A stretch of 18,530 nt of DNA from a virus, in UHGV virus genome UHGV-0075052; one strand, 5' to 3'. Every line of letters starts with the position of its first letter. Position 1 is the stretch's first letter. Below the pieces are notes generated by a model. The model saw only the letters and a program-made list of their open reading frames with translations, had not been told where the DNA came from and did no database searches. The translations under genes were made by a program, and so were the position numbers. Shown piece by piece: positions 7,191-15,869 of the stretch.

Positions 7191-7529
7191 CTATGACCAT
7201 TTTTTATTTGGATTTCGTTGGTGAGCGTGATTAACAACTCTGTGCATTACATCCTCATATTTTTCATCTTCAATTTTTTCGACATCGCGAGGAAATGGTG
7301 TTGCTAATGCTTTGTCAACTTTGTCCATTGGTTCTTCATTAATCTTATATTCAGGACCGTCATCTATAGCATTAAATCCAGGTGTTACACCGTTTTTTAA
7401 TGCATATGCTATCCTTTTTTCCCATCTCGCTATTCTCCTCCTGTCTCGAGATGTAAGACCTCTATCAGATACCTTTCTGTTTTGTCCGCGGTCAGGATTA
7501 ACATAAATAGTCTTTTTCACCATAAGCAT
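7191..7529 (-). CDS. Hypothetical basic protein (about 113 aa) directly downstream of N
   Basis: ORF with ATG candidates at 7529 and 7523 (the track's 7538 start is a TTG); the N stop TGA lies at 7532-7534; Arg/Lys-rich N-terminal half, acidic C-terminal half; AT-rich. Confidence 0.55.
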   Translation of the reverse strand: MLMVKKTIYVNPDRGQNRKVSDRGLTSRDRRRIARWEKRIAYALKNGVTPGFNAIDDGPEYKINEEPMDKVDKALATPFPRDVEKIEDEKYEDVMHRVVNHAHQRNPNKKWS

Positions 7530-7531
7530 AC

Positions 7532-7837
7532 TCAACAAGCACCGTACGGTAGTTTACTGTACAATTTTATTTTTTGGACTGCATGTATTTTGTTTCCTAA
7601 CGGGTTTGAATCTTTGTAATAAATACTTCTATTTTTTCGAACGACTTCTTCTTTCTTCTTGCAGCAAAGGCTTCCTAGTGATGCTGCTTTGTCTGCTCTG
7701 ACGCAACCAGAGAGCTTTAGCGCAATTTTTCGCGCCAGTGCTTCATTACTGCGTCGCTCGGCAATAAGTTCTGCTCTGCGAGCTTTGTAGCGGCTTTTTG
7801 CCGTACCTTTGGATTCTTTCCAGACAATGGTTACCAT
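7532..7837 (-). CDS. N: N-type transcription antitermination protein with phage-21-type arginine-rich motif
   Basis: N-terminal GTAKSRYKARRAELIAERR matches the phi21 N ARM peptide as recalled; AGGAG SD before ATG 7837..7835; nutL lies in the leader. Confidence 0.8.
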   Translation of the reverse strand: MVTIVWKESKGTAKSRYKARRAELIAERRSNEALARKIALKLSGCVRADKAASLGSLCCKKKEEVVRKNRSIYYKDSNPLGNKIHAVQKIKLYSKLPYGAC

Positions 7838-7947
7838 GATGGTCTCCTTTAAGTGGCTTTGGCGCATGACGCGTCGAGGTGCTTATCTTCTCGATCGCTG
7901 TCTTGCAGCTGCAATTCGCGCCATCCCCAAAACCACTCAAGTTCTGG

Positions 7948-7987
7948 TCTCAACGGTTAGGTTGAGAGTCCGTCGATGTTAAAGAGC
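7948..7987 (-). promoter_or_regulatory. nutL: boxA (7976-7987) and boxB hairpin (7948-7967)
   Basis: On the minus strand, GCTCTTTAACAT (boxA-like) is followed by UCUCAAC-CUAACC-GUUGAGA (7-bp stem, 6-nt loop); sits between pL and N. Confidence 0.6.
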
Positions 7988-8025
7988 CTGCCAATCTGTT
8001 CCGTTTGGCTTCCAGCGTCCTGCTG

Positions 8026-8062
8026 ATGGCTTAAATTTAAGACTTCTTAATTTATTGGTCAA
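8026..8062 (-). promoter_or_regulatory. Candidate pL promoter with overlapping OL operator sites
   Basis: Minus-strand TTGACC (8062..8057), 17-nt spacer, TAAATT (8039..8034); palindromic sites CTTAAATTTAAG (8030-8041) and TTAAGACTTCTTAA (8037-8050), the latter one base different from the OR site. Confidence 0.45.
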
Positions 8063-8131
8063 GTGCATTTTTGAAGAAAACTTAATTTTATGGGCGTGAA
8101 TTTAGTTTGTCTTTGATTTTTAACGGGAAAT

Positions 8132-8151
8132 AAAAAAGGGGCGAAAGCCCC
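8132..8151 (-). terminator. Rho-independent terminator of the cI transcript
   Basis: Minus-strand hairpin GGGGC-tttc-GCCCC followed by TTTTTTATTTCCC, immediately 3' of the cI stop. Confidence 0.6.
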
Positions 8152-8802
8152 TTAAGGAAGGTTTGCTAGCTTGGCATCAACGACAACGCCAATGATTTTA
8201 CAGTTCCCATTGATTTCAATCATTGGGTATTGTGGATTGAGTGGTTTCAGGAATTTTCTACCGGCATCAATAACTAACTTTTTGAATGTCGCCTCGTTTT
8301 CCCCTTCAAGTTTGGCGACTACCAGCTTTCCATTACGTGGTTCGACTTCTGGGTCGACGAGAATAATCATCCCCTCAGGAATACTCAGTCCTGCCGGGGC
8401 AGTCATTGAATCGCCTTTAACGTCGAGCCAAAAAGAGTCTTCAGAACAATCTACCGTTGTGTCGTACCAGTTATCTATTGCACGCCTATGATATGGCTCT
8501 ACAGCTTCCATCCAACATCCTGCGCTTACCCAACTAATTAGAGGATACGAACCTCTTGGATCATGCCTGCTGTGATAGGCAATGTTTGAAAGACTATCCT
8601 CTCCTTTCAACAGGTAATCAGGGGAGCACTGCAAAGCCTTGGCTAAGGCCAATAGGTTTTCGCCATTGGGCTCAGTTTCAGATCGCTCCCATTGGGAAAT
8701 AGCAACATTAGACACGCCAACCATCTTGCCAAGGGCAGCCTGCCTAATCTTGAGTTCTTTTCTGCGAGCGCGAATACGCTCACCCATCAGTTGTGTATTC
8801 AT
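8152..8802 (-). CDS. cI: cI-type prophage repressor (HTH_XRE plus LexA-like S24 peptidase domain)
   Basis: 216 aa; N-terminal HTH (LKIRQAALGKMVGVSNVAISQWERS); C-terminal autocleavage domain with GDSM and a downstream Lys (VVAKLEGE); divergent from cro. Confidence 0.9.
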   Translation of the reverse strand: MNTQLMGERIRARRKELKIRQAALGKMVGVSNVAISQWERSETEPNGENLLALAKALQCSPDYLLKGEDSLSNIAYHSRHDPRGSYPLISWVSAGCWMEAVEPYHRRAIDNWYDTTVDCSEDSFWLDVKGDSMTAPAGLSIPEGMIILVDPEVEPRNGKLVVAKLEGENEATFKKLVIDAGRKFLKPLNPQYPMIEINGNCKIIGVVVDAKLANLP

Positions 8803-8870
8803 AGTTAAGACATCTTAAATAAACTTGACTTAAGATTCCTTTGGTGGATAATTTAAGTGTTCTTTAATTT
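8803..8870. promoter_or_regulatory. OR operator region with pR (and presumably pRM)
   Basis: Palindrome TTAAGACATCTTAA (8805-8818) starts 3 bp from the cI ATG; pR read as TTGACT (8825-8830) with a -10 at GATAAT/ATAATT (8847-8853); a further related site TTAAGTGTTCTTTAA (8853-8867). Confidence 0.6.
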
Positions 8871-8882
8871 CGGAGCGAGTCT

Positions 8883-9068
8883 ATGTACAAAAAAGATGTT
8901 ATTGACCACTTCGGAACCCAGCGTGCTGTTGCTAAAGCACTAGGCATTAGCGATGCAGCAGTCTCTCAGTGGAAAGAAGTTATCCCAGAGAAAGACGCCT
9001 ATCGATTGGAAATCGTTACAGCTGGCGCCCTGAAGTATCAAGAAAGTGCTTACCGCCAAGCGGCATAA
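8883..9068 (+). CDS. cro: Cro-like repressor
   Basis: 61 aa small HTH protein (QRAVAKALGISDAAVSQW) divergent from cI; GGAG SD 7 nt upstream. Confidence 0.8.
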   Translation: MYKKDVIDHFGTQRAVAKALGISDAAVSQWKEVIPEKDAYRLEIVTAGALKYQESAYRQAA

Positions 9069-9074
9069 GCAAAT

Positions 9075-9116
9075 TGCTCTTTAACAGTTCTGGCCTTTCA
9101 CCTCTAACCGGGTGAG
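9075..9116 (+). promoter_or_regulatory. nutR: boxA (9075-9086) and boxB hairpin (9097-9116)
   Basis: TGCTCTTTAACA followed by UUCACC-UCUAACCG-GGUGAG; matches the phi21 boxB as recalled; same CUAACC loop core as nutL. Confidence 0.65.
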
Positions 9117-9124
9117 CAAACATC

Positions 9125-9151
9125 AGCGGCAAATCCATTGGGTGTGCCGCT
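9125..9151 (+). other. Inverted repeat / RNA hairpin in the tR1 position
   Basis: AGCGGCA-13 nt-TGCCGCT; no U-tract, so not an intrinsic terminator; possibly a rho-dependent tR1 element or processing site. Confidence 0.3.
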
Positions 9152-9183
9152 ATAACTCAATATCAATATAGGAAAATTAACAA

Positions 9184-9480
9184 ATGGCACAAGCAAGCTA
9201 CAGCAAGCCAACACAGCGAGAAATTGATCGCGCTGAAACTGATTTACTCATCAACCTGTCAACGCTTACCCAGCGCGGTCTGGCAAAGATGATTGGCTGT
9301 CATGAATCGAAGATAAGCAGAACGGACTGGAGATTTATTGCTTCGGTCTTGTGTGCTTTCGGAATGGCATCAGACATCAGTCCGATTAGCAGGGCTTTTA
9401 AGTATGCGCTTGATGAAATCACAAAGAAAAAATCCCCGGCCGCCACCGAGGATTTTAAGCAAATTGATATGCAATTCTGA
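9184..9480 (+). CDS. cII: cII transcriptional activator
   Basis: 98 aa; HTH region and C-terminus KKKSPAATEDFKQIDMQF resembling lambda cII (KKRPAATERSEQIQMEF) as recalled; AGGAAA SD. Confidence 0.85.
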   Translation: MAQASYSKPTQREIDRAETDLLINLSTLTQRGLAKMIGCHESKISRTDWRFIASVLCAFGMASDISPISRAFKYALDEITKKKSPAATEDFKQIDMQF

Positions 9481-9512
9481 GGGAATTACTGGATCAATCC
9501 ACAGGGGTAATT

Positions 9513-9674
9513 ATGACAAAACGTCGTAAGAAATACCAGGAAAAAGAAGAGATTCGACACCCTGATTCACCTGAGGGATTAGTGGTAGCCGCAGCAAATA
9601 ACAGGGCGTTCGCAGAACGCCTTGTTGGTGTTTACAGACTAGCCAAAGCAGGAGTGAAACATGGGCGTCGTTAA
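9513..9674 (+). CDS. Small basic hypothetical protein (53 aa), absent from the ORF track
   Basis: Hand translation [53 protein letters not shown]; AGGGG SD 5 nt upstream; 3' end overlaps the start of the O-like gene in another frame. Confidence 0.35.
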   Translation: MTKRRKKYQEKEEIRHPDSPEGLVVAAANNRAFAERLVGVYRLAKAGVKHGRR

Positions 9675-10482
9675 GTTAGCTGATTACAGGCCTCAACTGG
9701 AGGTCGTGGAGCATCGCGTGGCAGATACCGAAGATGGTTTCATGCGCGTTGCTAACGAGATTACCGACAGTCTGCTGATGGCTGATTTAACCGTCCGGCA
9801 GTTGAAGGTGATGCTCGCTATCATGCGCAAGACATACGGATTCAATAAGCCGATGGATCGACTCACAAACACGCAGATAGCAGCCATGACAGGTATTCAT
9901 CACACTCATGTTTGCGCTGCCAAGCGCCAGCTTATCGAGCGTAAATTCCTCATTGCTGATGGCGTGAAAATCGGAGTGAACAAGGTGGTTTCTCAGTGGA
10001 TTAGCCAGGACAGCTTAACATTAGCTAAAACAGCTAATAAAACATTAGCCGAGTCGGCTAATGGGTATAAGCCAAGTCAGCTAAACACAAAAGACAATAT
10101 ACAAAAGACAATAAATACAAATACCCCCTTACCCCCTAACGGGGGAGGCGATGGGCAGGTTAAACCTGAACGTCGCAAGGCAGAACGAATCGACTACGAA
10201 TCCTTCCTGAACGCCTACAACACCGAAGTCGGTGACAGACTTCCACATGCTGTTGCGGTCAACGAGAAACGCAAACGCCGCCTGAAGAAAATCATCCCGC
10301 AACTGAAAACGCCAAACGTGGACGGTTTCAGAGCGTATGTCAGGGCGTTTGTGCATCAGGCCAAGCCGTTTTACTTCGGAGACAACGACACGGGCTGGAC
10401 GGCAGATTTTGATTACCTGCTGAGGGAAGATTCGTTAATGGGAGTACGGGAAGGGAAGTTTGCAGACAGGGGGATTGCATGA
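9661..10482 (+). CDS. Replication initiator, lambda O / P22 gp18-like (N-terminal phage replication protein O domain)
   Basis: 273 aa; N-terminal [37 protein letters not shown] typical of the O N-terminal domain; iterons inside the gene; ATGA-coupled to the helicase. Confidence 0.85.
   Translation: MGVVKLADYRPQLEVVEHRVADTEDGFMRVANEITDSLLMADLTVRQLKVMLAIMRKTYGFNKPMDRLTNTQIAAMTGIHHTHVCAAKRQLIERKFLIADGVKIGVNKVVSQWISQDSLTLAKTANKTLAESANGYKPSQLNTKDNIQKTINTNTPLPPNGGGDGQVKPERRKAERIDYESFLNAYNTEVGDRLPHAVAVNEKRKRRLKKIIPQLKTPNVDGFRAYVRAFVHQAKPFYFGDNDTGWTADFDYLLREDSLMGVREGKFADRGIA
10001..10125. repeat. Putative origin of replication: four iteron-like repeats plus an AT-rich tract inside the O-like gene
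   Basis: Units of the form TTAGCYnnnnnCAGCTAA start near 10001, 10021, 10045 and 10068; followed by tandem ACAAAAGACAATA x2 within an AT-rich stretch (10087-10125). Confidence 0.55.
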
Positions 10483-11855
10483 GACAGGATATCGAAGCGA
10501 GCGTTATCGGTGGCCTGCTGATTGGTGGATTAACTCCAACCGCCAGCGACGTTCTGGCAACTCTGGAGCCGGAAGCGTTTTCAATTCCGCTCTACCGGAA
10601 AGCCTTCGAGGTTATCCGCAAGCAGGCGAGAAACAGAAACCTAATCGACGCGCTGATGGTTGCCGAGGCGTGCGGAGAGGAGCATTTCACGTCAATCCTG
10701 ATGACCAGCAAGAACTGCCCGAGTGACGCAAACCTGAAGGGATATGCCGGAATGGTCGCGGATAACTATCACCGCCGTCTGGTGCTGGAAATCATGGATG
10801 AAATGCGTGAACCAATTCAGAGCGGAACCATCGATACATCGAGTCAGGCGATGGACGAGCTTGTAAAGCGTCTTTCAGCCATCAGAAAGCCCCGTGACGA
10901 GGTTAAACCTGTACGGTTAGGGGAAATCATCACTGACTACACTGACACGCTTGACAGGCGTCTGAGGAACGGAGAAGAGTCAGATACCCTGAAGACCGGA
11001 ATCGAAGAACTTGATGTCATCACCGGAGGGATGAACGCGGAAGACCTGGTGATAATCGCTGCCCGTCCTGGAATGGGGAAAACCGAACTGGCGCTGAAGA
11101 TTGCCGAAGGCGTTGCAAGCCGCGTTATTCCTGGTTCTGACGTCCGGCGCGGAGTATTGATTTTCTCAATGGAAATGAGCGCATTGCAGATTGCAGAGCG
11201 AAGTATTGCCAACGCCGGGAGGATGTCGGTTAGCGTGCTGCGAAATCCTGCATCGATGGATGACGAAGGCTGGGCGCGCGTTGCTAACGGCATGAGTCAG
11301 CTTGCAGATTTGGATGTATGGGTAGTCGATGCCTCGCGGTTATCGGTCGAAGAAATACGCTCAATCGCAGAACGGCACAAACAGGAAAATCCAAACCTGT
11401 CACTCATCATGGCGGATTATCTTGGCCTGATTGAGAAGCCGAAAGCAGATCGCAACGACCTCGCAATTGCTCACATCTCCGGAAGCCTGAAGGCGATGGC
11501 GAAAGACCTGAAAACGCCTGTTATCTCCCTAAGTCAGCTTTCGCGCGATGTTGAGAAGCGACCAAACAAACGCCCGACAAACGCAGATTTGCGTGATTCA
11601 GGAAGCATTGAACAGGACGCAGACTCAATCATCATGCTCTATCGGGAAGCAGTATATGACGAGAACAGTAGCGCCGCGCCATTTGCTGAAATCATCGTGA
11701 CGAAAAACCGTTTTGGCTCGCTTGGTACGGTTTACCAGCGGTTCTGCAACGGACACTTTGTTGCATGTGACCAGGATGAAGCCAGACAGATTTGCACAGC
11801 ATCAAATGCACCTGCTGCGCGTGGTAGACGATATGCACAAGGGGCTGACGTATGA
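10479..11855 (+). CDS. DnaB-family replicative helicase (P22 gp12-like)
   Basis: 458 aa; Walker [14 protein letters not shown]; DnaB-like C-terminal RecA-fold motifs ([23 protein letters not shown]). Confidence 0.9.
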   Translation: MRQDIEASVIGGLLIGGLTPTASDVLATLEPEAFSIPLYRKAFEVIRKQARNRNLIDALMVAEACGEEHFTSILMTSKNCPSDANLKGYAGMVADNYHRRLVLEIMDEMREPIQSGTIDTSSQAMDELVKRLSAIRKPRDEVKPVRLGEIITDYTDTLDRRLRNGEESDTLKTGIEELDVITGGMNAEDLVIIAARPGMGKTELALKIAEGVASRVIPGSDVRRGVLIFSMEMSALQIAERSIANAGRMSVSVLRNPASMDDEGWARVANGMSQLADLDVWVVDASRLSVEEIRSIAERHKQENPNLSLIMADYLGLIEKPKADRNDLAIAHISGSLKAMAKDLKTPVISLSQLSRDVEKRPNKRPTNADLRDSGSIEQDADSIIMLYREAVYDENSSAAPFAEIIVTKNRFGSLGTVYQRFCNGHFVACDQDEARQICTASNAPAARGRRYAQGADV

Positions 11856-11877
11856 CCATCTACATCACTGAGATAAT

Positions 11878-11907
11878 AACAGGCCAGCTGGTAATCGCAG
11901 GCCTTTT
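11878..11907 (+). terminator. Possible tR2-like terminator between the replication genes and nin region
   Basis: AGGCC...GGCCT stem (loop contains the palindrome CCAGCTGG) followed by TTTTTATTT. Confidence 0.35.
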
Positions 11908-11928
11908 TATTTGGGGGAGAGGGAAGTC

Positions 11929-12369
11929 ATGAAAAAACTAACCTTTGAAATTCGATCTCCAGCACATCAGCAAAACGCTATTCACGCAGTACAGCAAATC
12001 CTTCCAGACCCAACCAAACCAATCGTAGTAACCATTCAGGAACGCAACCGCAGCTTAGACCAAAACAGGAAGCTTTGGGCTTGCCTTGGTGACGTTTCGC
12101 GTCAGGTTGAATGGCATGGTCGCTGGCTGGATGCAGAAAGCTGGAAGTGTGTGTTTACCGCAGCATTAAAGCAGCAGGACGTTGTTCCTAACCTTGCCGG
12201 GAATGGCTTTGTGGTAATAGGCCAGTCAACCAGCAGGATGCGTGTAAGCGAATTTGCGGAGTTATTAGAGCTTATACAGGCATTCGGTACAGAGCGTGGC
12301 GTTAAGTGGTCAGACGAAGCGCGACTGGCTCTGGAGTGGAAAGCAAGATGGGGAGACAGGGCGGCATGA
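11929..12369 (+). CDS. ninB: NinB (Orf-family recombination mediator)
   Basis: 146 aa beginning [31 protein letters not shown], matching lambda NinB as recalled; GGGAGAGGGAAG SD. Confidence 0.9.
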   Translation: MKKLTFEIRSPAHQQNAIHAVQQILPDPTKPIVVTIQERNRSLDQNRKLWACLGDVSRQVEWHGRWLDAESWKCVFTAALKQQDVVPNLAGNGFVVIGQSTSRMRVSEFAELLELIQAFGTERGVKWSDEARLALEWKARWGDRAA

Positions 12370-12542
12370 GACGACAGCGACGAAGTATCACCGACATCAT
12401 CTGCGAAAACTGCAAATACCTTCCAACGAAACGCTCCAGAAATAAACGCAAGCCAATCCCAAAAGAATCTGACGTAAAAACCTTCAATTACACGGCTCAC
12501 CTGTGGGATATCCGGTGGCTAAGACATCGTGCGAGGAAATGA
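12366..12542 (+). CDS. ninE: Small nin-region protein (NinE/NinD-like, 58 aa)
   Basis: [58 protein letters not shown]; ATGA overlap with the ninB stop; NinE versus NinD assignment from memory is uncertain. Confidence 0.7.
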   Translation: MRRQRRSITDIICENCKYLPTKRSRNKRKPIPKESDVKTFNYTAHLWDIRWLRHRARK

Positions 12543-12928
12543 CAATGGATTATTCACAGTTAAGTGATTTTGAAATTAACGTGGCGGTATTCGAAGCCAT
12601 TCATAACGGATCACCGGATTACAAAGAAGGTGAGAATGGCGCGATGGTGTTTATCTCATTTGAGGGAGACATTGTAAACGGAGACGCAGTTGAAGTAGAG
12701 GTTGAGCGCGGATCCTTTAACCCATGCGCAAACCCAGCAGACGCATGGCCGATTATCACTGAAAACAACATCAGCATAATTTTAGACAATCCTTCAATGC
12801 CGTGCGCTACAGACAACGCAAGGGACTTGTTTGATGATGCCGGACCGAATGTTGGTGTCGCATATGACAATCCACTCCGTGCCGCCATGATTGTCTTTCT
12901 CATGATGCAGGACGCCAATAATGCTTAG
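12539..12928 (+). CDS. Hypothetical nin-region protein (129 aa), possibly NinX-like
   Basis: Start [14 protein letters not shown] with GAGGAA SD and ATGA overlap; acidic protein; takes the position occupied by ninC in lambda. Confidence 0.6.
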   Translation: MTMDYSQLSDFEINVAVFEAIHNGSPDYKEGENGAMVFISFEGDIVNGDAVEVEVERGSFNPCANPADAWPIITENNISIILDNPSMPCATDNARDLFDDAGPNVGVAYDNPLRAAMIVFLMMQDANNA

Positions 12929-13097
12929 CCCATCCCAATCCCTTCAATACCAGAAAGAAAGCGTCGAGCGGGCTTTAACGTGCGCTAACTGCGGTCAGAA
13001 GCTGCATGTGCTGGAAGTTCACGTGTGTGAGCACTGCTGCGTAGAACTGATGAGCGATCCGAATAGCTCAATGTACGAGGAAGAAGACGATGAGTGA
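12921..13097 (+). CDS. ninF: NinF
   Basis: 58 aa, [40 protein letters not shown]..., matching lambda NinF as recalled; four-Cys motif; absent from the ORF track. Confidence 0.8.
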   Translation: MLSPSQSLQYQKESVERALTCANCGQKLHVLEVHVCEHCCVELMSDPNSSMYEEEDDE

Positions 13098-13359
13098 TTT
13101 CTCTGAGCTTATTTCCTTCAAAAAAGACAGAGAAGAAATGCGGACTGAATCTGTCTATTACGTTCAACACCGGAATAAACGCTCTGTGCTTGATCAGAAG
13201 CTGGTTATTACCGGAGACCTGGCATTCAGAACATATAAGGCCAGCATGGAAATGAAGGATTTCCCTAAATGTGGTTCTGAAAGAGAAGCCGCGTTAAAGC
13301 TGGCAGAGTGGATGCAGAGAATGGCTGCTGCAATTGAGAATTACTGGAGCGAACCATAA
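13090..13359 (+). CDS. Hypothetical nin-region protein (89 aa)
   Basis: ORF with GAGGAAGAAG SD; overlaps the ninF stop; not recognised. Confidence 0.6.
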   Translation: MSDFSELISFKKDREEMRTESVYYVQHRNKRSVLDQKLVITGDLAFRTYKASMEMKDFPKCGSEREAALKLAEWMQRMAAAIENYWSEP

Positions 13360-13970
13360 TGGCTAAACCAGCGCGAAGACGATGTAAAAACGATGAATGC
13401 CGGGAATGGTTTCACCCTGCATTCGCTAATCAGTGGTGGTGCTCTCCAGAGTGTGGAACCAAGATAGCACTCGAACGACGAAGCAAAGAACGCGAAAAAG
13501 CGGAAAAAGCAGCAGAGAAGAAACGACGACGAGAGGAGCAGAAACAGAAAGATAAACTTAAGATTCGAAAACTCGCCTTAAAGCCCCGCAGTTACTGGAT
13601 TAAACAAGCCCAACAAGCCGTAAACGCCTTCATCAGAGAAAGAGACCGCGACTTACCATGTATCTCGTGCGGAACGCTCACGTCTGCTCAGTGGGATGCC
13701 GGACATTACCGGACAACTGCTGCGGCACCTCAACTCCGATTTGATGAACGCAATATTCACAAGCAATGCGTGGTGTGCAACCAGCACAAAAGCGGAAATC
13801 TCGTTCCGTATCGCGTCGAACTGATTAATCGCATCGGGCAGGAAGCAGTAGACGAAATCGAATCAAACCATAACCGCCATCGCTGGACTGTCGAAGAGTG
13901 CAGGGCCATCAAGGCGGAGTATCAGCAGAAACTCAAAGACCTGCGAAATAGCAGAAGTGAGGCCGCATGA
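13359..13970 (+). CDS. ninG: NinG / Rap-like recombination endonuclease
   Basis: 203 aa; N-terminal Cys cluster ([27 protein letters not shown]) and overall similarity to lambda NinG as recalled. Confidence 0.9.
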   Translation: MAKPARRRCKNDECREWFHPAFANQWWCSPECGTKIALERRSKEREKAEKAAEKKRRREEQKQKDKLKIRKLALKPRSYWIKQAQQAVNAFIRERDRDLPCISCGTLTSAQWDAGHYRTTAAAPQLRFDERNIHKQCVVCNQHKSGNLVPYRVELINRIGQEAVDEIESNHNRHRWTVEECRAIKAEYQQKLKDLRNSRSEAA

Positions 13971-14173
13971 CGTTCTCAGTAAAAACCATTCCAGACATGC
14001 TCGTTGAAGCATACGGAAACCAGACAGAAGTAGCACGCAGACTGAAATGTAGTCGCGGTACGGTCAGAAAATACGTTGATGATAAAGACGGGAAAATGCA
14101 CGCCATCGTCAACGACGTTCTCATGGTTCATCGCGGATGGAGTGAAAGAGATGCGCTATTACGAAAAAATTGA
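13967..14173 (+). CDS. ninH: NinH
   Basis: 68 aa, [37 protein letters not shown]... (HTH-like); ATGA overlap with ninG. Confidence 0.85.
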   Translation: MTFSVKTIPDMLVEAYGNQTEVARRLKCSRGTVRKYVDDKDGKMHAIVNDVLMVHRGWSERDALLRKN

Positions 14174-14816
14174 TGGCAGCAAATACCGAAATATTTGGGT
14201 AGTTGGCGATCTGCACGGATGCTACACGAACCTGATGAAAAAACTGGAGACGATAGGATTCGACACCAAAAAAGACCTGCTTATCTCGGTTGGCGATTTG
14301 GTCGATCGCGGTACAGAGAACGTCGAATGCCTGGAATTAATCACATTCCCCTGGTTCAGAGCTGTACGTGGAAACCATGAGCAAATGATGATTGATGGCT
14401 TATCAGAGCGCGGAAACGTCAATCACTGGCTGCTTAATGGCGGTAGTTGGTTCTTTAATCTCGATTACGACAAAGAAACTCTGGCTAAAGCTCTTGCCCA
14501 TAAAGCAGAAGAACTTCCGTTAATCATCGAACTGGTGAGCAAAGATAAAAAATATGTCATCTGCCACGCCGATTATCCTTGTGACGAATACGAGTTTGGA
14601 AAGCCAGTTGATCATCAGCAGGTAATCTGGAACCGCGAACGAATCAGCAACTCACAAGACGGGATCGTGAAAGAAATCAAAGGCGCGGACATGTTCATCT
14701 TTGGTCATACGCCAGCAGTGAAACCACTCAAGTTTGCCAACCAGATGTATATCGATACCGGCGCAGTGTTCTGCGGAAACCTCACATTGATTCAGGTACA
14801 GGGAGAAGGCGCATGA
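14151..14816 (+). CDS. ninI: Ser/Thr protein phosphatase (lambda PPase / NinI-like)
   Basis: 221 aa from [25 protein letters not shown]; metallophosphatase motifs GDLHG, GDLVDRG, GNHE. Confidence 0.9.
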   Translation: MRYYEKIDGSKYRNIWVVGDLHGCYTNLMKKLETIGFDTKKDLLISVGDLVDRGTENVECLELITFPWFRAVRGNHEQMMIDGLSERGNVNHWLLNGGSWFFNLDYDKETLAKALAHKAEELPLIIELVSKDKKYVICHADYPCDEYEFGKPVDHQQVIWNRERISNSQDGIVKEIKGADMFIFGHTPAVKPLKFANQMYIDTGAVFCGNLTLIQVQGEGA

Positions 14817-15436
14817 GACTCGAAAGCGTAGCTAAATTTCATTCGCCAAAAAGCCCGATGATGAGCGACTCACCACGGGCTACGGCTTCTGACTCTCTTT
14901 CCGGTACTGATGTGATGGCTGCTATGGGGATGGCGCAATCACAAGCCGGATTCGGAATGGCTGCATTCTGTGGTAAGCACGAACTCAGCCAGAACGACAA
15001 ACAAAAGGCTATCAACTATCTGATGCAATTTGCACACAAGGTATCGGGGAAATACCGTGGTGTGGCAAAGCTTGAAGGAAATACTAAGGCAAAGGTACTG
15101 CAAGTGCTCGCAACATTCGCTTATGCGGATTATTGCCGTAGTGCCGCGACGCCGGGCGCAAGATGCAGAGATTGTCACGGTACAGGCCGTGCGGTTGATA
15201 TAGCAAAAACAGAGCAGTGGGGGAGAGTTGTTGAGAAAGAATGCGGAAGATGCAAAGGTGTCGGCTATTCAAAGATGCCAGCAAGCGCCGCATATCGCGC
15301 TGTGACGATGCTAATCCCAAACCTTACCCAACCCACCTGGTCACGCACTGTTAAGCCGCTGTATGACGCTCTGGTGGTGCAATGCCACAAGGAAGAGTCA
15401 ATCGCAGACAGCATTTTGAATGCGGTCACACGTTAG
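14813..15436 (+). CDS. Q: Q late-gene antiterminator (lambda-type)
   Basis: 207 aa beginning [29 protein letters not shown], matching lambda Q as recalled; zinc-binding Cys cluster (CRDCHGTG...CGRCKG). Confidence 0.9.
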   Translation: MRLESVAKFHSPKSPMMSDSPRATASDSLSGTDVMAAMGMAQSQAGFGMAAFCGKHELSQNDKQKAINYLMQFAHKVSGKYRGVAKLEGNTKAKVLQVLATFAYADYCRSAATPGARCRDCHGTGRAVDIAKTEQWGRVVEKECGRCKGVGYSKMPASAAYRAVTMLIPNLTQPTWSRTVKPLYDALVVQCHKEESIADSILNAVTR

Positions 15437-15478
15437 CAGCATGATTGCCACGGATGGCAACATATTAACGGCATGATA

Positions 15479-15510
15479 TTGACTTTTTGAATAAAGTTGG
15501 GTAAATTTGA
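15479..15510 (+). promoter_or_regulatory. pR' late promoter with adjacent qut-like region
   Basis: TTGACT (15479-15484), 17-nt spacer, TAAATT (15502-15507); arrangement as in lambda pR' as recalled. Confidence 0.7.
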
Positions 15511-15542
15511 CTCAACGATGGATAAATGCACTCGTTAAATAA

Positions 15543-15578
15543 AGCCCTGAGTTAATAGCTCGGGGCTTTTTGCGTTTT
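15543..15578 (+). terminator. Rho-independent terminator downstream of pR' (tR'-like)
   Basis: AGCCCTGAG-ttaata-CTCGGGGCT (9-bp stem with one G-U) followed by TTTTTGCGTTTT; implies a pR' transcript of about 65 nt. Confidence 0.6.
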
Positions 15579-15715
15579 AATCACGACCTTTCTGAAAGCA
15601 CATCAAACCAAATACCAGACAGACAAAAATAATCACCTTATCCGCTGTGGCTACGGTGCGGTGTGCTTTGCATAAAAGAAAACCAGCGCAATGGCTGGCT
15701 TCGTGAAAGCGGGTG

Positions 15716-15750
15716 GCAAGAGGTTGCGCTAACAACCTCCTGCCGTTTTG
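15716..15750 (+). terminator. Second terminator-like hairpin upstream of S
   Basis: GCAAGAGGTT-gcgctaac-AACCTCCTGC (10-bp stem, one mismatch) followed by CGTTTTG. Confidence 0.4.
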
Positions 15751-15869
15751 CCCGTGCATATCGGTCACGAACAAATCTGATTACTAAACACAGTAGCCTG
15801 GATTTGTTCTATCAGTAACCGACCATATTCCTAATTAAATAGAGCAAATCCCCTTATTGGGGGTAAGAC

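Noticed and set aside
7746-7940. Minus-strand 64-aa ORF
   Set aside because: Overlaps the N start and N leader in another frame; no SD; region better explained by N and nutL.
9338-9529. Plus-strand 63-aa ORF overlapping cII
   Set aside because: Alternative frame of cII, which is confidently identified.
10460-10726. Plus-strand 88-aa ORF
   Set aside because: Alternative frame across the O/DnaB junction; both true frames carry conserved motifs.
10937-11293. Minus-strand 118-aa ORF
   Set aside because: Antisense to the DnaB-like helicase.
12102-12500. Minus-strand ORFs 12102..12500 and 12302..12487, and plus-strand 12306..12542 long form
   Set aside because: Antisense to or alternative starts of ninB and ninE; the lambda-like products fix the true frames and starts.
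15577-15774. Minus-strand 65-aa ORF in the Q-S intergenic region
   Set aside because: No SD; overlaps plus-strand terminator hairpins; region is better explained as late regulatory RNA.
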